DNA of 60,314 bases from Acidobacteriota bacterium (GTDB lineage: Archaea; Nanobdellota; Nanobdellia; Woesearchaeales; DATGWN01). Within the stretch, counting starts at the first letter, position 1; every line of letters starts with the position of its first letter. The notes below the pieces were generated by a model. The model saw nothing but the letters and a program-made list of their open reading frames with translations, was not told the DNA's origin and searched no databases. Positions 36,108-46,395 of this stretch are shown here, one piece after another. The translations under genes were made by a program, and so were the position numbers. The stretch covers positions 1 through 60,314 of the forward strand of contig DATGWN010000029.1 of the NCBI GenBank assembly GCA_035299465.1, written 5' to 3'.

Positions 36108-37148
36108 CTATTGATTCATACGTTCGTATAGTGTCAATCGGTCAGCTACATCAGCAGAAAAGAGAGCCGAAGCTTCTTTTGTAATGTGATCTGCATCATA
36201 CATCAGAGAACTATCATTGAAAAAGTAATCATAATAATTAAGCACAGTGTACCCTTGGACAAAAACCTCTTGCGTCATAGAATCAATGTGTTGGTAGTAA
36301 CTGTCTAGCGAGATGTTTCGGCGGACTAATTCCTCGTCGAACTCTTTTGAATGAGGATACACTATGAGAATTACGGAAATGTTGTTCTCCTTTGCGAGAG
36401 AGAGAATAGCGGTGTAAAAATCTACAAGAAGCGGCTCAAACTCAGCGCCGCTCATTTTCTTAGACACACGGTTGACGGCAGACTCTTTCATCTCATTAAG
36501 AGGAACTTGGTGAACACCGATAGAATCGCCTCCGATGTTAAAAAAGAATGGGATATGTCCATCGCGCCGCAAAAAATCAATCCCATTACCCACAGATGGC
36601 AACCATCGGTATGTAAGGAACTTCAGCAAAGATATGTTTGAGTTTTCATACAAAGAATACAGTGTGGCAAATGGAACGACCTGAGAATAGAAGTAAATGT
36701 TGTCGGGCGTCAATGACGTATCCTTCAACATTTCGGAGCGAAAAGAATGCGGATCCACTTGTAGTACGATTGTATGAGTAAAGTTTGCGCGCCGCTCAGT
36801 AAGAATACGAAGCTTATGATATGTAATTGCGTAATTTTCCGAAATGCTCGCCAGATTCACAGAATTCGAAATATATTGGGCATCTATTGCGAAATATGGG
36901 TGTGAATCCCCGACAAAGACATATTGTAAAGAATCGTTACGAAGCAAAACTGAATCAAACACTGAGTTTGTTTGAAATACAATTTTTTGTGGTATAACAT
37001 ATTGTATGTACAACAAATTCACCAGCGACACCATGCATGCAAATATAAGTGCAAAAGCTAATACATGAATCAAAAAAGTTCGAAGCTCACTACGTTCAGA
37101 TACAACACGCACGTCAGACATAGCTCGTATAGTCGCTGTCCCCGCCAT
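36108..37148 (-). CDS. membrane-anchored SGNH-like protein (AlgJ/DltD/PatB-like partner)
   Basis: N-terminal TM, GDSH block I, NLASISE, DADH catalytic motif; directly follows the MBOAT gene. Confidence 0.75.
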   Translation of the reverse strand: MAGTATIRAMSDVRVVSERSELRTFLIHVLAFALIFACMVSLVNLLYIQYVIPQKIVFQTNSVFDSVLLRNDSLQYVFVGDSHPYFAIDAQYISNSVNLASISENYAITYHKLRILTERRANFTHTIVLQVDPHSFRSEMLKDTSLTPDNIYFYSQVVPFATLYSLYENSNISLLKFLTYRWLPSVGNGIDFLRRDGHIPFFFNIGGDSIGVHQVPLNEMKESAVNRVSKKMSGAEFEPLLVDFYTAILSLAKENNISVILIVYPHSKEFDEELVRRNISLDSYYQHIDSMTQEVFVQGYTVLNYYDYFFNDSSLMYDADHITKEASALFSADVADRLTLYERMNQ

Positions 37149-37149
37149 A

Positions 37150-38574
37150 CTAGAATTGGAAGTATATGAACGCTTTTTCATCAAACACCCCAAACAAATA
37201 TATAGACAAAGCCAGTAATAAGAATGCACTAAAAGCAAACCACTTTTCCTTACACACCCGCCATGTTTCAACAATTCCGCTTTCTTGTGCGTATTCCACA
37301 ACGAGTAGTACTACAACAAGAATCAGCGAAAACGTAGGAAAGTCGCGGACTAATAGCGTAATTGCATCGCTATATTGCGACGGATCCAGTAAAAGCACGA
37401 AGAATTTAGAGATTGACTTCAAATCAGGCATACGAAAGAATAGCCAAGCAACACAGCTTAGGAGAAACGTACTGAGCATACCTTTGATATCCCATAGAAA
37501 CGACTCTTTTTTACGAAAATACGTGCGCGTCATATCTTCCATCACAATAAAAAATCCATTAAGTAATCCCCACAACAGAAAAGTCCAATTTGCACCGTGC
37601 CAAAGCCCGCTTATTGCAAAGACGACAAAGATGTTGAATATCCATCGTCGCTTTGAAACGCGATTACCTCCTAACGGAATATACACATAGTCCCGAAACC
37701 ACGTACATAATGAAATATGCCATCGTCTCCAGAATTCAGAAATGCTCTTGGAAAAATATGGCCTATTGAAATTCTGCGTTAACGAGAAACCCATCACACG
37801 CCCAATACCCACCGCCATGTCAGAATATCCTGAAAAGTCACAATATATTTGGAATGCAAAAAAGAGTATACCCACAACCACCAAAAACGAATTGAAATAA
37901 TATATAGTCGACATTGTCGGAACGAATGCATCCACCGTCAGCGCAAGCGTATCAGCAATGACCATTTTCTTGAAGAGGCCCCACAGTATCAAGCGCAGAC
38001 CACTCATGACGCGAGCGTACTCAAATGTATGCTCAATCTCGAATTGCGGCATCAAATGCTGTGGCCGCTCGATAGGACCTGCAACCAATTGAGGATAAAA
38101 CAAAACATAGAGCGCATATTTTCCAAAATGTGTCTGAACTGATTGTCTGCCACGATACACTTCGATCACATAGCTCATGCTCTGAAACGTGTGAAATGAC
38201 AAACCGATTGGAATAATGATTGAAAGTACGGCGAGGTTGTACTGCAGATGGAACGCAGATGCGACATCGTTGATGATCGTTGCAAAAAAACCCAAGTACT
38301 TGAACACAAACAGATACGTACACGTACACAGAATACTTCCTGTCAATATCCATCGTTTATGCGATTTCTTTGAGGAACGAGATATCCATATTGCGGCACA
38401 ATAGTCAATCACTATTAGCCCAACTAGCACCAGAATATACACAGGAATATATGACATGTAAAAATAGACACTCGCCGACAAAAGCAAAATCCATCTATAT
38501 GCCTGTGGCAAAACAAAATACAATGTCGTAACAATAACAAAAAAGAAGAAAAAATCTATCGAGTTGAATAACAT
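37150..38574 (-). CDS. MBOAT O-acyltransferase (AlgI/DltB/PatA family)
   Basis: PIGLSFHTFQSMSY, YPQLVAGPIER, GLFKKMVIAD, YCDFSGYSDMA, FWRRWHISL, GLWHGA. Confidence 0.95.
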   Translation of the reverse strand: MLFNSIDFFFFFVIVTTLYFVLPQAYRWILLLSASVYFYMSYIPVYILVLVGLIVIDYCAAIWISRSSKKSHKRWILTGSILCTCTYLFVFKYLGFFATIINDVASAFHLQYNLAVLSIIIPIGLSFHTFQSMSYVIEVYRGRQSVQTHFGKYALYVLFYPQLVAGPIERPQHLMPQFEIEHTFEYARVMSGLRLILWGLFKKMVIADTLALTVDAFVPTMSTIYYFNSFLVVVGILFFAFQIYCDFSGYSDMAVGIGRVMGFSLTQNFNRPYFSKSISEFWRRWHISLCTWFRDYVYIPLGGNRVSKRRWIFNIFVVFAISGLWHGANWTFLLWGLLNGFFIVMEDMTRTYFRKKESFLWDIKGMLSTFLLSCVAWLFFRMPDLKSISKFFVLLLDPSQYSDAITLLVRDFPTFSLILVVVLLVVEYAQESGIVETWRVCKEKWFAFSAFLLLALSIYLFGVFDEKAFIYFQF

Positions 38575-38614
38575 ACAGTTGTCGTCGATTCAAGATATAA
38601 AAAACTTACGTACG

Positions 38615-39118
38615 CTATTTGAGAAGTTCCTTGCCAAACAACAAGAGAACTATAGCCGTCACAATCTGTATCGAGTCAACCCAGATGCAATATTTGCACG
38701 TAGCGTCGATGATGAAAAATTGTACAATCAAAAGCCAAGATGAAAACAATGCGCCAACGACATTGCCCCAGATAAGTGCGTACATCGCCTGTCGTGAGAT
38801 CAATTTAGTATGCATATCGCCAAAGAACGCGCGCAAAAGAAAATATGCAAAAAGTACACTAAACAATGAGTACACATAAATTCCCAACAATGGATTAGAT
38901 AATGCAAACCATTGTGTGGTGAAGCCAAAATTGGTCGCGTAGATACTCGTCTGAACCGTCGCACATCCGCCATCACCCAAGAAACATTCTTCAATAGTGT
39001 CTGCGGATTTTTGCTCATTCAACACTTTCTGATGTTCAATATATGACGAAAGACAAATGTTAGCGATCGCACCAATCAAAAGCAAGACAAGTATGATAAT
39101 TCGACTGAATTTTTTCAT
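38615..39118 (-). CDS. vitamin K epoxide reductase (VKOR) family disulfide-formation protein
   Basis: Loop cysteines CFLGDGGC, conserved Ser (TSIYA), TM CKYC. Confidence 0.9.
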   Translation of the reverse strand: MKKFSRIIILVLLLIGAIANICLSSYIEHQKVLNEQKSADTIEECFLGDGGCATVQTSIYATNFGFTTQWFALSNPLLGIYVYSLFSVLFAYFLLRAFFGDMHTKLISRQAMYALIWGNVVGALFSSWLLIVQFFIIDATCKYCIWVDSIQIVTAIVLLLFGKELLK

Positions 39119-39594
39119 CGTATGCTGCTCAGCCCCGCGATTTTTGCAAGAACGTTTTTAGCGTGTCCGAGCGCGTTCACATTTTCGAACACAGCGACAA
39201 TTTTTTTCTGTTCATCAAGAACAAACGTTGAACGCTGGATTCCCAGGCCGATCTTGCCCATAAAAGACTTCTCCCCGTACACGCCAAAAGCCTTGGATGT
39301 CGAATAGTCCGTGTCGGAGAGAAGAGTGATAGTCAGTTCATTTTGCGTGCAGAATTTGGTTTTAGACGCCGCGTCACCGCCCGATATGCCGATAATAGTG
39401 ATGCCACGGGATTCAAATTGCTGTTTCATCACAGAGAAATCGCGCGCCTCAAGTGTGCAGCCTGTGGTATTGTCTTTCGGATAGAAGTAGACGACAGTGT
39501 ATTTTGATTTAATATTTTTAAGTGAGTGTAATTTGCCATCTTTATCCGGCAAAGTGAAATCCGGCGCTTTTGTTCCGACAGTTAACGCAGCCAT
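39115..39594 (-). CDS. bcp: peroxiredoxin, BCP/PrxQ type
   Basis: YFYPKDNTTGCTLEARDF, RSTFVLD. Confidence 0.94.
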   Translation of the reverse strand: MAALTVGTKAPDFTLPDKDGKLHSLKNIKSKYTVVYFYPKDNTTGCTLEARDFSVMKQQFESRGITIIGISGGDAASKTKFCTQNELTITLLSDTDYSTSKAFGVYGEKSFMGKIGLGIQRSTFVLDEQKKIVAVFENVNALGHAKNVLAKIAGLSSIR

Positions 39595-39601
39595 ATCACA
39601 C

Positions 39602-39859
39602 CTAATCGTACTTGAGTCGGCAACAGCCGCCCTTCAATCGGCATTGGCAAGCCAATCGTTCTTTGTCAGTCAGGCCAAAATCAATTTCTTCTTGTGTTTT
39701 TGCAGTGAGATTTTCGCCGCCTTCCACAACCACAACACGACACGTGCCGCAGATTCCCTCTGTGCACCCAAACGGAATGCCAATTGATTCGGCTTCTTCT
39801 ACAAAGCGTTCGCCGTCTTTCACTGAAAATTCCTTGTCGTCAATGATGATTTTGCCCAT
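39602..39859 (-). CDS. [2Fe-2S] ferredoxin
   Basis: IPFGCTEGICGTC ... RLACQ. Confidence 0.93.
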   Translation of the reverse strand: MGKIIIDDKEFSVKDGERFVEEAESIGIPFGCTEGICGTCRVVVVEGGENLTAKTQEEIDFGLTDKERLACQCRLKGGCCRLKYD

Positions 39860-40034
39860 ACAGAAAAAAAGCCGTACGAGCATTATAAACTTTATGCAAT
39901 CTGTTTATGAACTATATAAGCCGACAAATAAACGCCAATCAGTCCACGCGAATCAAATTCAATTTCAATTCTTGACAATATCATATATATTCCACCAAGG
40001 AAAGTCTTAAAAACACACCGCCGATTTTTTTAAT

Positions 40035-40319
40035 ATGACAAAAAAGACAGAATACATGCATAACGGCGTTGAACCGTTCATCCACGCGCAAGTGGTTGGT
40101 TACGAAAAAAGAGATAAGACATATGTGTTGGGACTAGATGACGGAAAGTTTCTATCTCTAGCCAAACTACAGCAATCGGAAGTAGATGGTTTAGTTGGAA
40201 AAGTACTCAGACTTTCACAAGAATCTGTGGAAGCCGACGAAACCGATCCAGACCTCTATCATACATCGTATGCGAAAGTCGCGCAAAGCGTAATGATCAG
40301 TATTGAGAAAATAGATTAA
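40035..40319 (+). CDS. hypothetical protein
   Basis: 94-aa ORF. Confidence 0.55.
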   Translation: MTKKTEYMHNGVEPFIHAQVVGYEKRDKTYVLGLDDGKFLSLAKLQQSEVDGLVGKVLRLSQESVEADETDPDLYHTSYAKVAQSVMISIEKID

Positions 40320-40717
40320 CCATTCAACGTTTTTTTTATTCTTTTTTGCATGAGCTCAAGCACACAAAGCAACTCTTCAAAATCTTTTTCCAAACCGTCT
40401 AATTGGAATTTTGAAATATCATTCGTTATCTTGCGCACATCAGCGATTTCTTTGTCTAAGCACTTAAGTAAGTCTCGATTATGGATACGCTCAAGTACTC
40501 GCGCCTCAAATTGTAAGTATCGCAAAACCACATCTTTGAGTTCCTGCAGGTGCTTTTGCTCATCGACAGTTATGTCAACCTTCGAATAATACATATCCTC
40601 AAGCTTTTTGATGAAAGGGATAATAGACTCTTTGATAAGAACGATGAACTGCGTCGTTAATTCCTCAAGTGTGATCTCATCTTTGAGCAAATTTGCAAAA
40701 TGCTTGTGAAGCGTCAT
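40316..40717 (-). CDS. hypothetical helical protein
   Basis: 133 aa, TAATG-coupled to the upstream membrane gene. Confidence 0.65.
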   Translation of the reverse strand: MTLHKHFANLLKDEITLEELTTQFIVLIKESIIPFIKKLEDMYYSKVDITVDEQKHLQELKDVVLRYLQFEARVLERIHNRDLLKCLDKEIADVRKITNDISKFQLDGLEKDFEELLCVLELMQKRIKKTLNG

Positions 40718-41352
40718 TATACTTTACCGATGAGGTCCGCTGTGCCTGCGCCTAATACTGCTAATACACTGATACTTGAGACCGTTCCCAGTGCAGCGTG
40801 TAACGGCGTGGTAAAGTTAATCGTATCGAACAAGAATAGTACTGCAACACTTACCAAAATTGCAGAGAAATACAATAACATCGCACGAACTGGCAAGAAT
40901 CGGAAGACGAATTTATCGTCAACTTTTCTAAATCCAGTGAAATAGATGAATAAGACGATAATCAAAAACGACGTCAGCAAAAGAAGTAATGACCGTCCAA
41001 TCGTATAGTGTTCGGCAAGTCTAAAACCGTCGGCGAACGCGAAATCCCCAATGATCGCAAACGCTGCACCAACCATACCTTTCGTGAGATCCTTGTAGGT
41101 AATTCGTCGCAGCGGGCTTTCTTTCAAATTCTTTTTCAAATCGCTTTCTAGTGCCTTAAGCTCTGCGAATTCCTGCGTTTCATTATCGGCAATTTTTCCT
41201 GGCGGCAATGGAACAACTGGGTCATCCGACTTCTCCGGACTTTTGGACACTAATTTTTGATCCGCGACCCACTTTTTTTGAAACGTGATGACAGAAGACA
41301 ATTTCTTTTCAATAGAGTCTAATCGCTTCGCTACAGAAATCTTTTGCCCCAT
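40717..41352 (-). CDS. membrane protein, DUF2391-like
   Basis: Coiled N-terminus then about 4 TMs (KDLTKGMVGA, YFTGFRKV). Confidence 0.6.
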   Translation of the reverse strand: MGQKISVAKRLDSIEKKLSSVITFQKKWVADQKLVSKSPEKSDDPVVPLPPGKIADNETQEFAELKALESDLKKNLKESPLRRITYKDLTKGMVGAAFAIIGDFAFADGFRLAEHYTIGRSLLLLLTSFLIIVLFIYFTGFRKVDDKFVFRFLPVRAMLLYFSAILVSVAVLFLFDTINFTTPLHAALGTVSSISVLAVLGAGTADLIGKV

Positions 41353-41400
41353 ACTTGATTTTCTGGCAAATCTATTTATAAACGTTACGCAAAGACCGGC

Positions 41401-42411
41401 TTATTTCTGCTCGGAGAACACACTTGTCTTAACTATAGCCAGCAATTGCCTTTCATCAGCAGCCGCAAGTATCTTTTGTTTGAGAACAGCGCCATTTTTC
41501 GCCTCGCGTACAGACCAAAGCGCATGATCCTTTAGTTCAGAAATCTTGAAACGATTTTCACGCTCTTTGTACAGTGCGACAAACTCTTCAAAGTCAGCAA
41601 CGGAATCGCGCCTGTTCTTATCGTACGTCGTATCAGGCTTTGGCGGAATAGATTCTTTTCGCGCATACCATGCATTCAATCGCGTGAAAAGTGATGGATT
41701 ATTCTGAGCTCCCCGTGCGCACATGATATAATCGCACTTTGTATGCGCAAAACCCATATACGCCATGTATTCGTTCGTCACGTCGCCAGATAATATAACG
41801 GGAATCTTCACTGCTTCCTTGACTGCACGGACCAATTGCCAGTCTGCACGGTCGCGATATCCTTGCTCACGAGTGCGAGCATGAACCGTGACTGCATCAA
41901 CTCCAATTTTCTCAAGCAATTGCGCAATCTCCACAGCGTTTTTGCTGTGTTCGTCCCATCCTGCACGGATTTTGACCGTGAATGGGACTTTAGTGATTGC
42001 TGCTCGCATCGCGGTGATGAGCTTTTCAAGCATATTCGGGTGTTTTGAAAGATATACGCCGCCTTTTTTACCAAGCATGTAAGGTAACGGACATCCGACA
42101 TTCAAGTCGATAAGCGTCGCAACTGGTTCTACAGCGGCAATCGTAGCGAGCATATTTGGAATATTTGCGCCACCAAGCTGCACTGCAAGCGGATACTCGT
42201 CTTTTTGTGGGTTAATGAAGTGTTTTACAGCCGCCTCAACACCGCCGTTTTTCGAAGCCCACTCCATAAAGACATCTGCATCAATCATATCAGTATAAAC
42301 AAGACCAGCCCCTCGTCGCGCACAAAGCACTCTAAAAGAAGCGCAATTGACAGCCTCCATAGGAGCGAGAAAAAAGGGACTCTTTGGTGTAAATGAACCG
42401 ATTGGCTTCAT
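41401..42411 (-). CDS. dus: tRNA-dihydrouridine synthase (Dus family)
   Basis: FLAPM, VQLGG, DLNVGCP, TVKIRAGW, VHARTR, SGDV, MCARGA. Confidence 0.94.
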   Translation of the reverse strand: MKPIGSFTPKSPFFLAPMEAVNCASFRVLCARRGAGLVYTDMIDADVFMEWASKNGGVEAAVKHFINPQKDEYPLAVQLGGANIPNMLATIAAVEPVATLIDLNVGCPLPYMLGKKGGVYLSKHPNMLEKLITAMRAAITKVPFTVKIRAGWDEHSKNAVEIAQLLEKIGVDAVTVHARTREQGYRDRADWQLVRAVKEAVKIPVILSGDVTNEYMAYMGFAHTKCDYIMCARGAQNNPSLFTRLNAWYARKESIPPKPDTTYDKNRRDSVADFEEFVALYKERENRFKISELKDHALWSVREAKNGAVLKQKILAAADERQLLAIVKTSVFSEQK

Positions 42412-42490
42412 GCGAGAAGGATTTTCTAGACTATTTAACAATTTTACCTACGCACTTAAGACATGCCTTCAAAACAAAGCAAAAAAAGAA

Positions 42491-43027
42491 TTATTTATGG
42501 AACTTTTCCTTGTACATCTGCTGCGCTTTTTCAATAACTTTGTATGCCTCGTCCTGATTCAGAATTTCGTAGACACGTACAACTTTATTTTCAAGCTCTT
42601 TGTAGATTTCAAGGAAATTGTGCAGTTCCTTTAGGAAGTGTGATGGTACGTCGTCGATAGTGTTCCATTCGCTGTATCTTGGGTCTTTTGCGTGGACAGC
42701 AACAATCTTGTCGTCTTCTTCATCGTCGTCAATCATCTTGATGACGCCAATTACTTTGACTTCACAAAGTGTCAATGGATATGTCTCTCGGTGCGTGATG
42801 ATAAAAACATCAAGTGGGTCGCCGTCAGTCCAAAGCGTCTGCGGCACAAAACCATAATCACCAGGATAGTGTACAGCTGAGAACATGTATCTGTCAAGCT
42901 TAAGTAAGCCAGTTTCTTTGTCTAACTCGTATTTAATTTTGCAATCTTTTGGAATTTCCACGATCGCATTAATGATTCGCGGAGCTTCTTTTCCGACTGG
43001 GACGTCATGCCATGGGTTCATTGTCAT
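42491..43027 (-). CDS. ppa: family I inorganic pyrophosphatase
   Basis: VEIPK, KYELDKE, YPGDYGFVPQT, DGDPLD, DDKIVAV. Confidence 0.97.
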   Translation of the reverse strand: MTMNPWHDVPVGKEAPRIINAIVEIPKDCKIKYELDKETGLLKLDRYMFSAVHYPGDYGFVPQTLWTDGDPLDVFIITHRETYPLTLCEVKVIGVIKMIDDDEEDDKIVAVHAKDPRYSEWNTIDDVPSHFLKELHNFLEIYKELENKVVRVYEILNQDEAYKVIEKAQQMYKEKFHK

Positions 43028-43077
43028 TGTATATGTTTAAACCTTGGAACTGTTTAAAAAGCTGATTATTGTATTTT

Positions 43078-44049
43078 CTATACACTAAGCGGATATGCCA
43101 TAGCGAATCCTGAAAAGGAAATGAACAGATGAGGTGCGCCAGCCACGTCCGTGATAGAAACCGCATACGTTGGTAGTTTGAGCGTCTGTAATGCGGCATA
43201 TGTGCTTGCAACAAACTCGTCATCAGTCAATTCCTCTGAATTCAAATAATTCACAAGAAGCGGTTTCACTTGAGTATCAATCGCATCATATGAATCAATC
43301 GCTCGATAAAGTTCAGTCAGCGAAGAAGACAAACCTGATACCCGTTCATACGGCCGGGCAATGAAGAAACTATACCGGATCTTAGCGTCATTGAATTCTG
43401 CGAAGTTCAAGTACGATTCTTTTGGGACCACACTCCACTGCGAACCATCATACGAAGTATCTTTGCGATCACGACCAACGCCATAAATCGTCAACGGCGT
43501 TTTTGACCAAACAAGCGCTTGGTATGTGCTCGCAGATGCCGACGCACCACCAGTACTTGTCGGATACACTGAAACGAAATAGCGCGAATCTGTCAAATCA
43601 AATTTGGAGAATGGACTTAACTGATTTCCTACTGAAAGTTTGCCCATCTTGGACGAAAGCGACGTTGCAAGTGCATCAGTATATGTTGCACGAAGTTCAA
43701 GGGCACACGTTTTAGAATTGACTAAAATGAGAGATCCGTCGTCTGACGTCATGCATGAGCGCGGCATTGTGACGACAGGCACTTGTGATGCCAAGAACTG
43801 CTGGCGGACAACTGAATCCATATATAACACGACGAAATCTAATTGTTTCTCTGCTTCAAGAACTCGTACTGACGCTATGTTAGCGTACTGAGGCACTTTC
43901 TTAGAATACATAGACAACGTCATAAATCCAGTCATAAGCAGTATCGTTGCAAAGATGATGAAAAGTACGCTAAAGAAATCTCCTTTCTTCCCGCAAGGAA
44001 ACAGCGAATATGAGTATATCTTGCTGCGTCCTTTATGAGTACATCGCAT
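43078..44049 (-). CDS. class III signal-peptide (pilin-like) protein, array gene 13
   Basis: ...GKKG|DFFSVLFIIFATILLMTGF; extracellular C-terminal region. Confidence 0.7.
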   Translation of the reverse strand: MRCTHKGRSKIYSYSLFPCGKKGDFFSVLFIIFATILLMTGFMTLSMYSKKVPQYANIASVRVLEAEKQLDFVVLYMDSVVRQQFLASQVPVVTMPRSCMTSDDGSLILVNSKTCALELRATYTDALATSLSSKMGKLSVGNQLSPFSKFDLTDSRYFVSVYPTSTGGASASASTYQALVWSKTPLTIYGVGRDRKDTSYDGSQWSVVPKESYLNFAEFNDAKIRYSFFIARPYERVSGLSSSLTELYRAIDSYDAIDTQVKPLLVNYLNSEELTDDEFVASTYAALQTLKLPTYAVSITDVAGAPHLFISFSGFAMAYPLSV

Positions 44050-44518
44050 AGTTTTCCTCCGTACACGACGACACATAGACATATGAGTGAGTAGAAAGCT
44101 GAGCTCGCGATTGCGCACCATTCGCATTAGATGACCCTGTGACAACGGTGCCGTCTTCAGTGAGACCACAGAAGTTCCCGTCTAAAAGGAAAATTTGTCT
44201 AAACCGCTCTTTGGTCAAATCCGAAATTGGATTCTCAGCTTTTCGAGAGTCTAAGACTACCCATTGTTGCGCCTGACCATTTCGTAATTGCAGTCCGTCA
44301 TATAATAAGTCTGACGAAGAAACAAACGATGCCGACGACGTATCTCCTTCAATTTGATTCGGTTTCAACACGAAGAGCATTATGACACAAATAATCAGCA
44401 ATATGACAAAAACCCCAATCGCCCCGATGAACACAATAGTCTCGACAAAACCGCGCTTACCGAATGCCTTAAGATTAAGCGGCGAATGTGTATTGTGTAT
44501 CGAAGTTTGAGAAAGCAT
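44033..44518 (-). CDS. pilin-like protein, array gene 12
   Basis: ...FGKRG|FVETIVFIGAIGVFVILL; TAATG-coupled. Confidence 0.75.
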   Translation of the reverse strand: MLSQTSIHNTHSPLNLKAFGKRGFVETIVFIGAIGVFVILLIICVIMLFVLKPNQIEGDTSSASFVSSSDLLYDGLQLRNGQAQQWVVLDSRKAENPISDLTKERFRQIFLLDGNFCGLTEDGTVVTGSSNANGAQSRAQLSTHSYVYVSSCTEENYAMYS

Positions 44519-44976
44519 TATCCCACCGCCCGTTTTGCGACATAATCAAATTGGATAATGACCGGTTTACCCGTGTCAGCATGTGTCGCTACGCGTTTTG
44601 TCGTTGTGATAATGTACGGCGTCTTTCCGACACCAGTGACTGCAAAATACTTGGTGAATATATCAGGATTATGATAGCCAGTGACGAGCACCGTTTTACC
44701 GTCGGCTTGATCGATGAATTGTATGCGTAATGCAAATTGCGCGTCGGCGCGTGATTGACCATAGATACTTTCCAGCGCCGCCGATTGTAATGACAGTGAC
44801 GAAACTACGCCGTCCACAACGTATGCGTTCACGAAACGCTCTTCCATCATTTCGGCGCGATACTGCCAGTCGACATATTCGCTGACCGCCCCTTGCGATA
44901 TCAAAAAGTACACCATCCCTACGAGCGCAACGAACATACCCACACGCACGATGTCAAAAATGACTTGATCAGCCAT
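44518..44976 (-). CDS. N-terminally anchored protein, array gene 11 (no basic leader)
   Basis: MADQVIFDIVRVGMFVALVGMVYFLI; strong SD GGAGGT. Confidence 0.7.
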   Translation of the reverse strand: MADQVIFDIVRVGMFVALVGMVYFLISQGAVSEYVDWQYRAEMMEERFVNAYVVDGVVSSLSLQSAALESIYGQSRADAQFALRIQFIDQADGKTVLVTGYHNPDIFTKYFAVTGVGKTPYIITTTKRVATHADTGKPVIIQFDYVAKRAVG

Positions 44977-45811
44977 TTGCGACCTCCTGCATCGCTTGCA
45001 CTATAGAAGCATACTCGCTTACAAATGATCCTGAAAGAATAAGAGCAACTGAAGAATCAGAAAGCGTTTCCTTGGCAACCGACGGATAATTCTGCACCGA
45101 TAATAAAGAAATCGGAGTCAACGAGCCACCGAATTTGTTTAATCGTTTTGCAAGCGCATTATTCAATACACACGCAACATCAGCAGACGAATCTTTGTAC
45201 ACAATCATCACCGTGCGTACTGTGTCTGGCGTCTCAATGATTTGAATTGGTGTCTTGCCCGCCGTGCCAAGCTGCTGTTTAGCAAACGTAGCGACTTGTC
45301 CGGTACCTTTTGGAAGGATTGTGACGCCCTTTACTTGAGCGCAATCTTGTTGGTATAGCGAAACAGGCCGTGCAGCTATGGTCGCTGAATTCGTGCCGAT
45401 AAATGAGAGGGAATTCGAATCTGAGACCAGCGTGACGACGCTACTTGGCTTATCGGAAAACGTGCTTGTGACAGTCTTTGATGTAGGCACCAACAGCGGA
45501 AAATATAGTTTGGTGTTTGAAGAAATCACTGTTATGCCACTACCGTTCACCGCATGGACAAACCCTTTCTTTTCGCGAATGGTTGTACCTAGCGACGTAT
45601 ATTGCAAAAAGACAGTGCCAGTTGTAGACATGACAGTATCTGCCGCGTTTGCAAGGTCACGCGCTTCAAACAGTACAAAATATTTTGTGTCTGCCCCTTC
45701 ACGAACGATGACTGCCATCATAAGAATGAAAAGCGCCGTAGGAATAATAACCAGACCAATAATATGCAAGAACTCATCACTTACTGTTCCTCTTTTTTGT
45801 AATCGACGCAT
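44969..45811 (-). CDS. pilin-like protein, array gene 10
   Basis: MRRLQKRG|TVSDEFLHIIGLVII. Confidence 0.75.
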   Translation of the reverse strand: MRRLQKRGTVSDEFLHIIGLVIIPTALFILMMAVIVREGADTKYFVLFEARDLANAADTVMSTTGTVFLQYTSLGTTIREKKGFVHAVNGSGITVISSNTKLYFPLLVPTSKTVTSTFSDKPSSVVTLVSDSNSLSFIGTNSATIAARPVSLYQQDCAQVKGVTILPKGTGQVATFAKQQLGTAGKTPIQIIETPDTVRTVMIVYKDSSADVACVLNNALAKRLNKFGGSLTPISLLSVQNYPSVAKETLSDSSVALILSGSFVSEYASIVQAMQEVANG

Positions 45812-45819
45812 GTGAAAAT

Positions 45820-46395
45820 TTATTGATTGATGAAATCGGCGAATTCAATCTTGACGTCATAACTTCCTGCAGTATTTGGTGTAACGTACATTCTATAGTT
45901 CAAAATGACGTGAATAGGATGGATCAATACGCGATCTCGCATACTTTCTGGGACTGCTCCTAGTTCATACGCCGTTGGATAGCTACTCATTTTTACCGAT
46001 CGAATATTAGAGTCAAGTGTAATACAAGATATTTTTTTATCCTTGCGTCCTGAGAGAAGACTTGAATATTGATACAGGCAAAGCTTGTAGGGTTGTTTGG
46101 TTCCCTCAAAGAGAATGTACTTGTCGTCGTCCAAAGACAGAGGGAAATCAATCACATACGGAACTGCCGAGCTATAATCAGACGAAGATTTTTTCATGAT
46201 GTATTGAGCTTGGTCAAGTTCACCGGTGATTGTTCGAAGCGCAATTACATCCGGGTCGTCACTTTGCAACATGCCAATGATTTGCCCACCGAAATAAAGA
46301 ATGAACAGAAAACACAGCGCATACAAGAGGGTCAAGAACACTTTTACCCATAAATTATCAACTGATTCCTGCGCTTTCTTATTCATACTACTCAC
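45820..46395 (-). CDS. pilin-like protein, array gene 9
   Basis: MSSMNKKA|QESVDNLWVKVFLTLL. Confidence 0.78.
   Translation of the reverse strand: MSSMNKKAQESVDNLWVKVFLTLLYALCFLFILYFGGQIIGMLQSDDPDVIALRTITGELDQAQYIMKKSSSDYSSAVPYVIDFPLSLDDDKYILFEGTKQPYKLCLYQYSSLLSGRKDKKISCITLDSNIRSVKMSSYPTAYELGAVPESMRDRVLIHPIHVILNYRMYVTPNTAGSYDVKIEFADFINQ

Noticed and set aside
7953-42411. Apparent cluster of tRNA-modification genes (trmI, truD, mnmA, dus)
   Set aside because: They are spread over 35 kb on both strands; this density is expected in a small genome dominated by information-processing genes.
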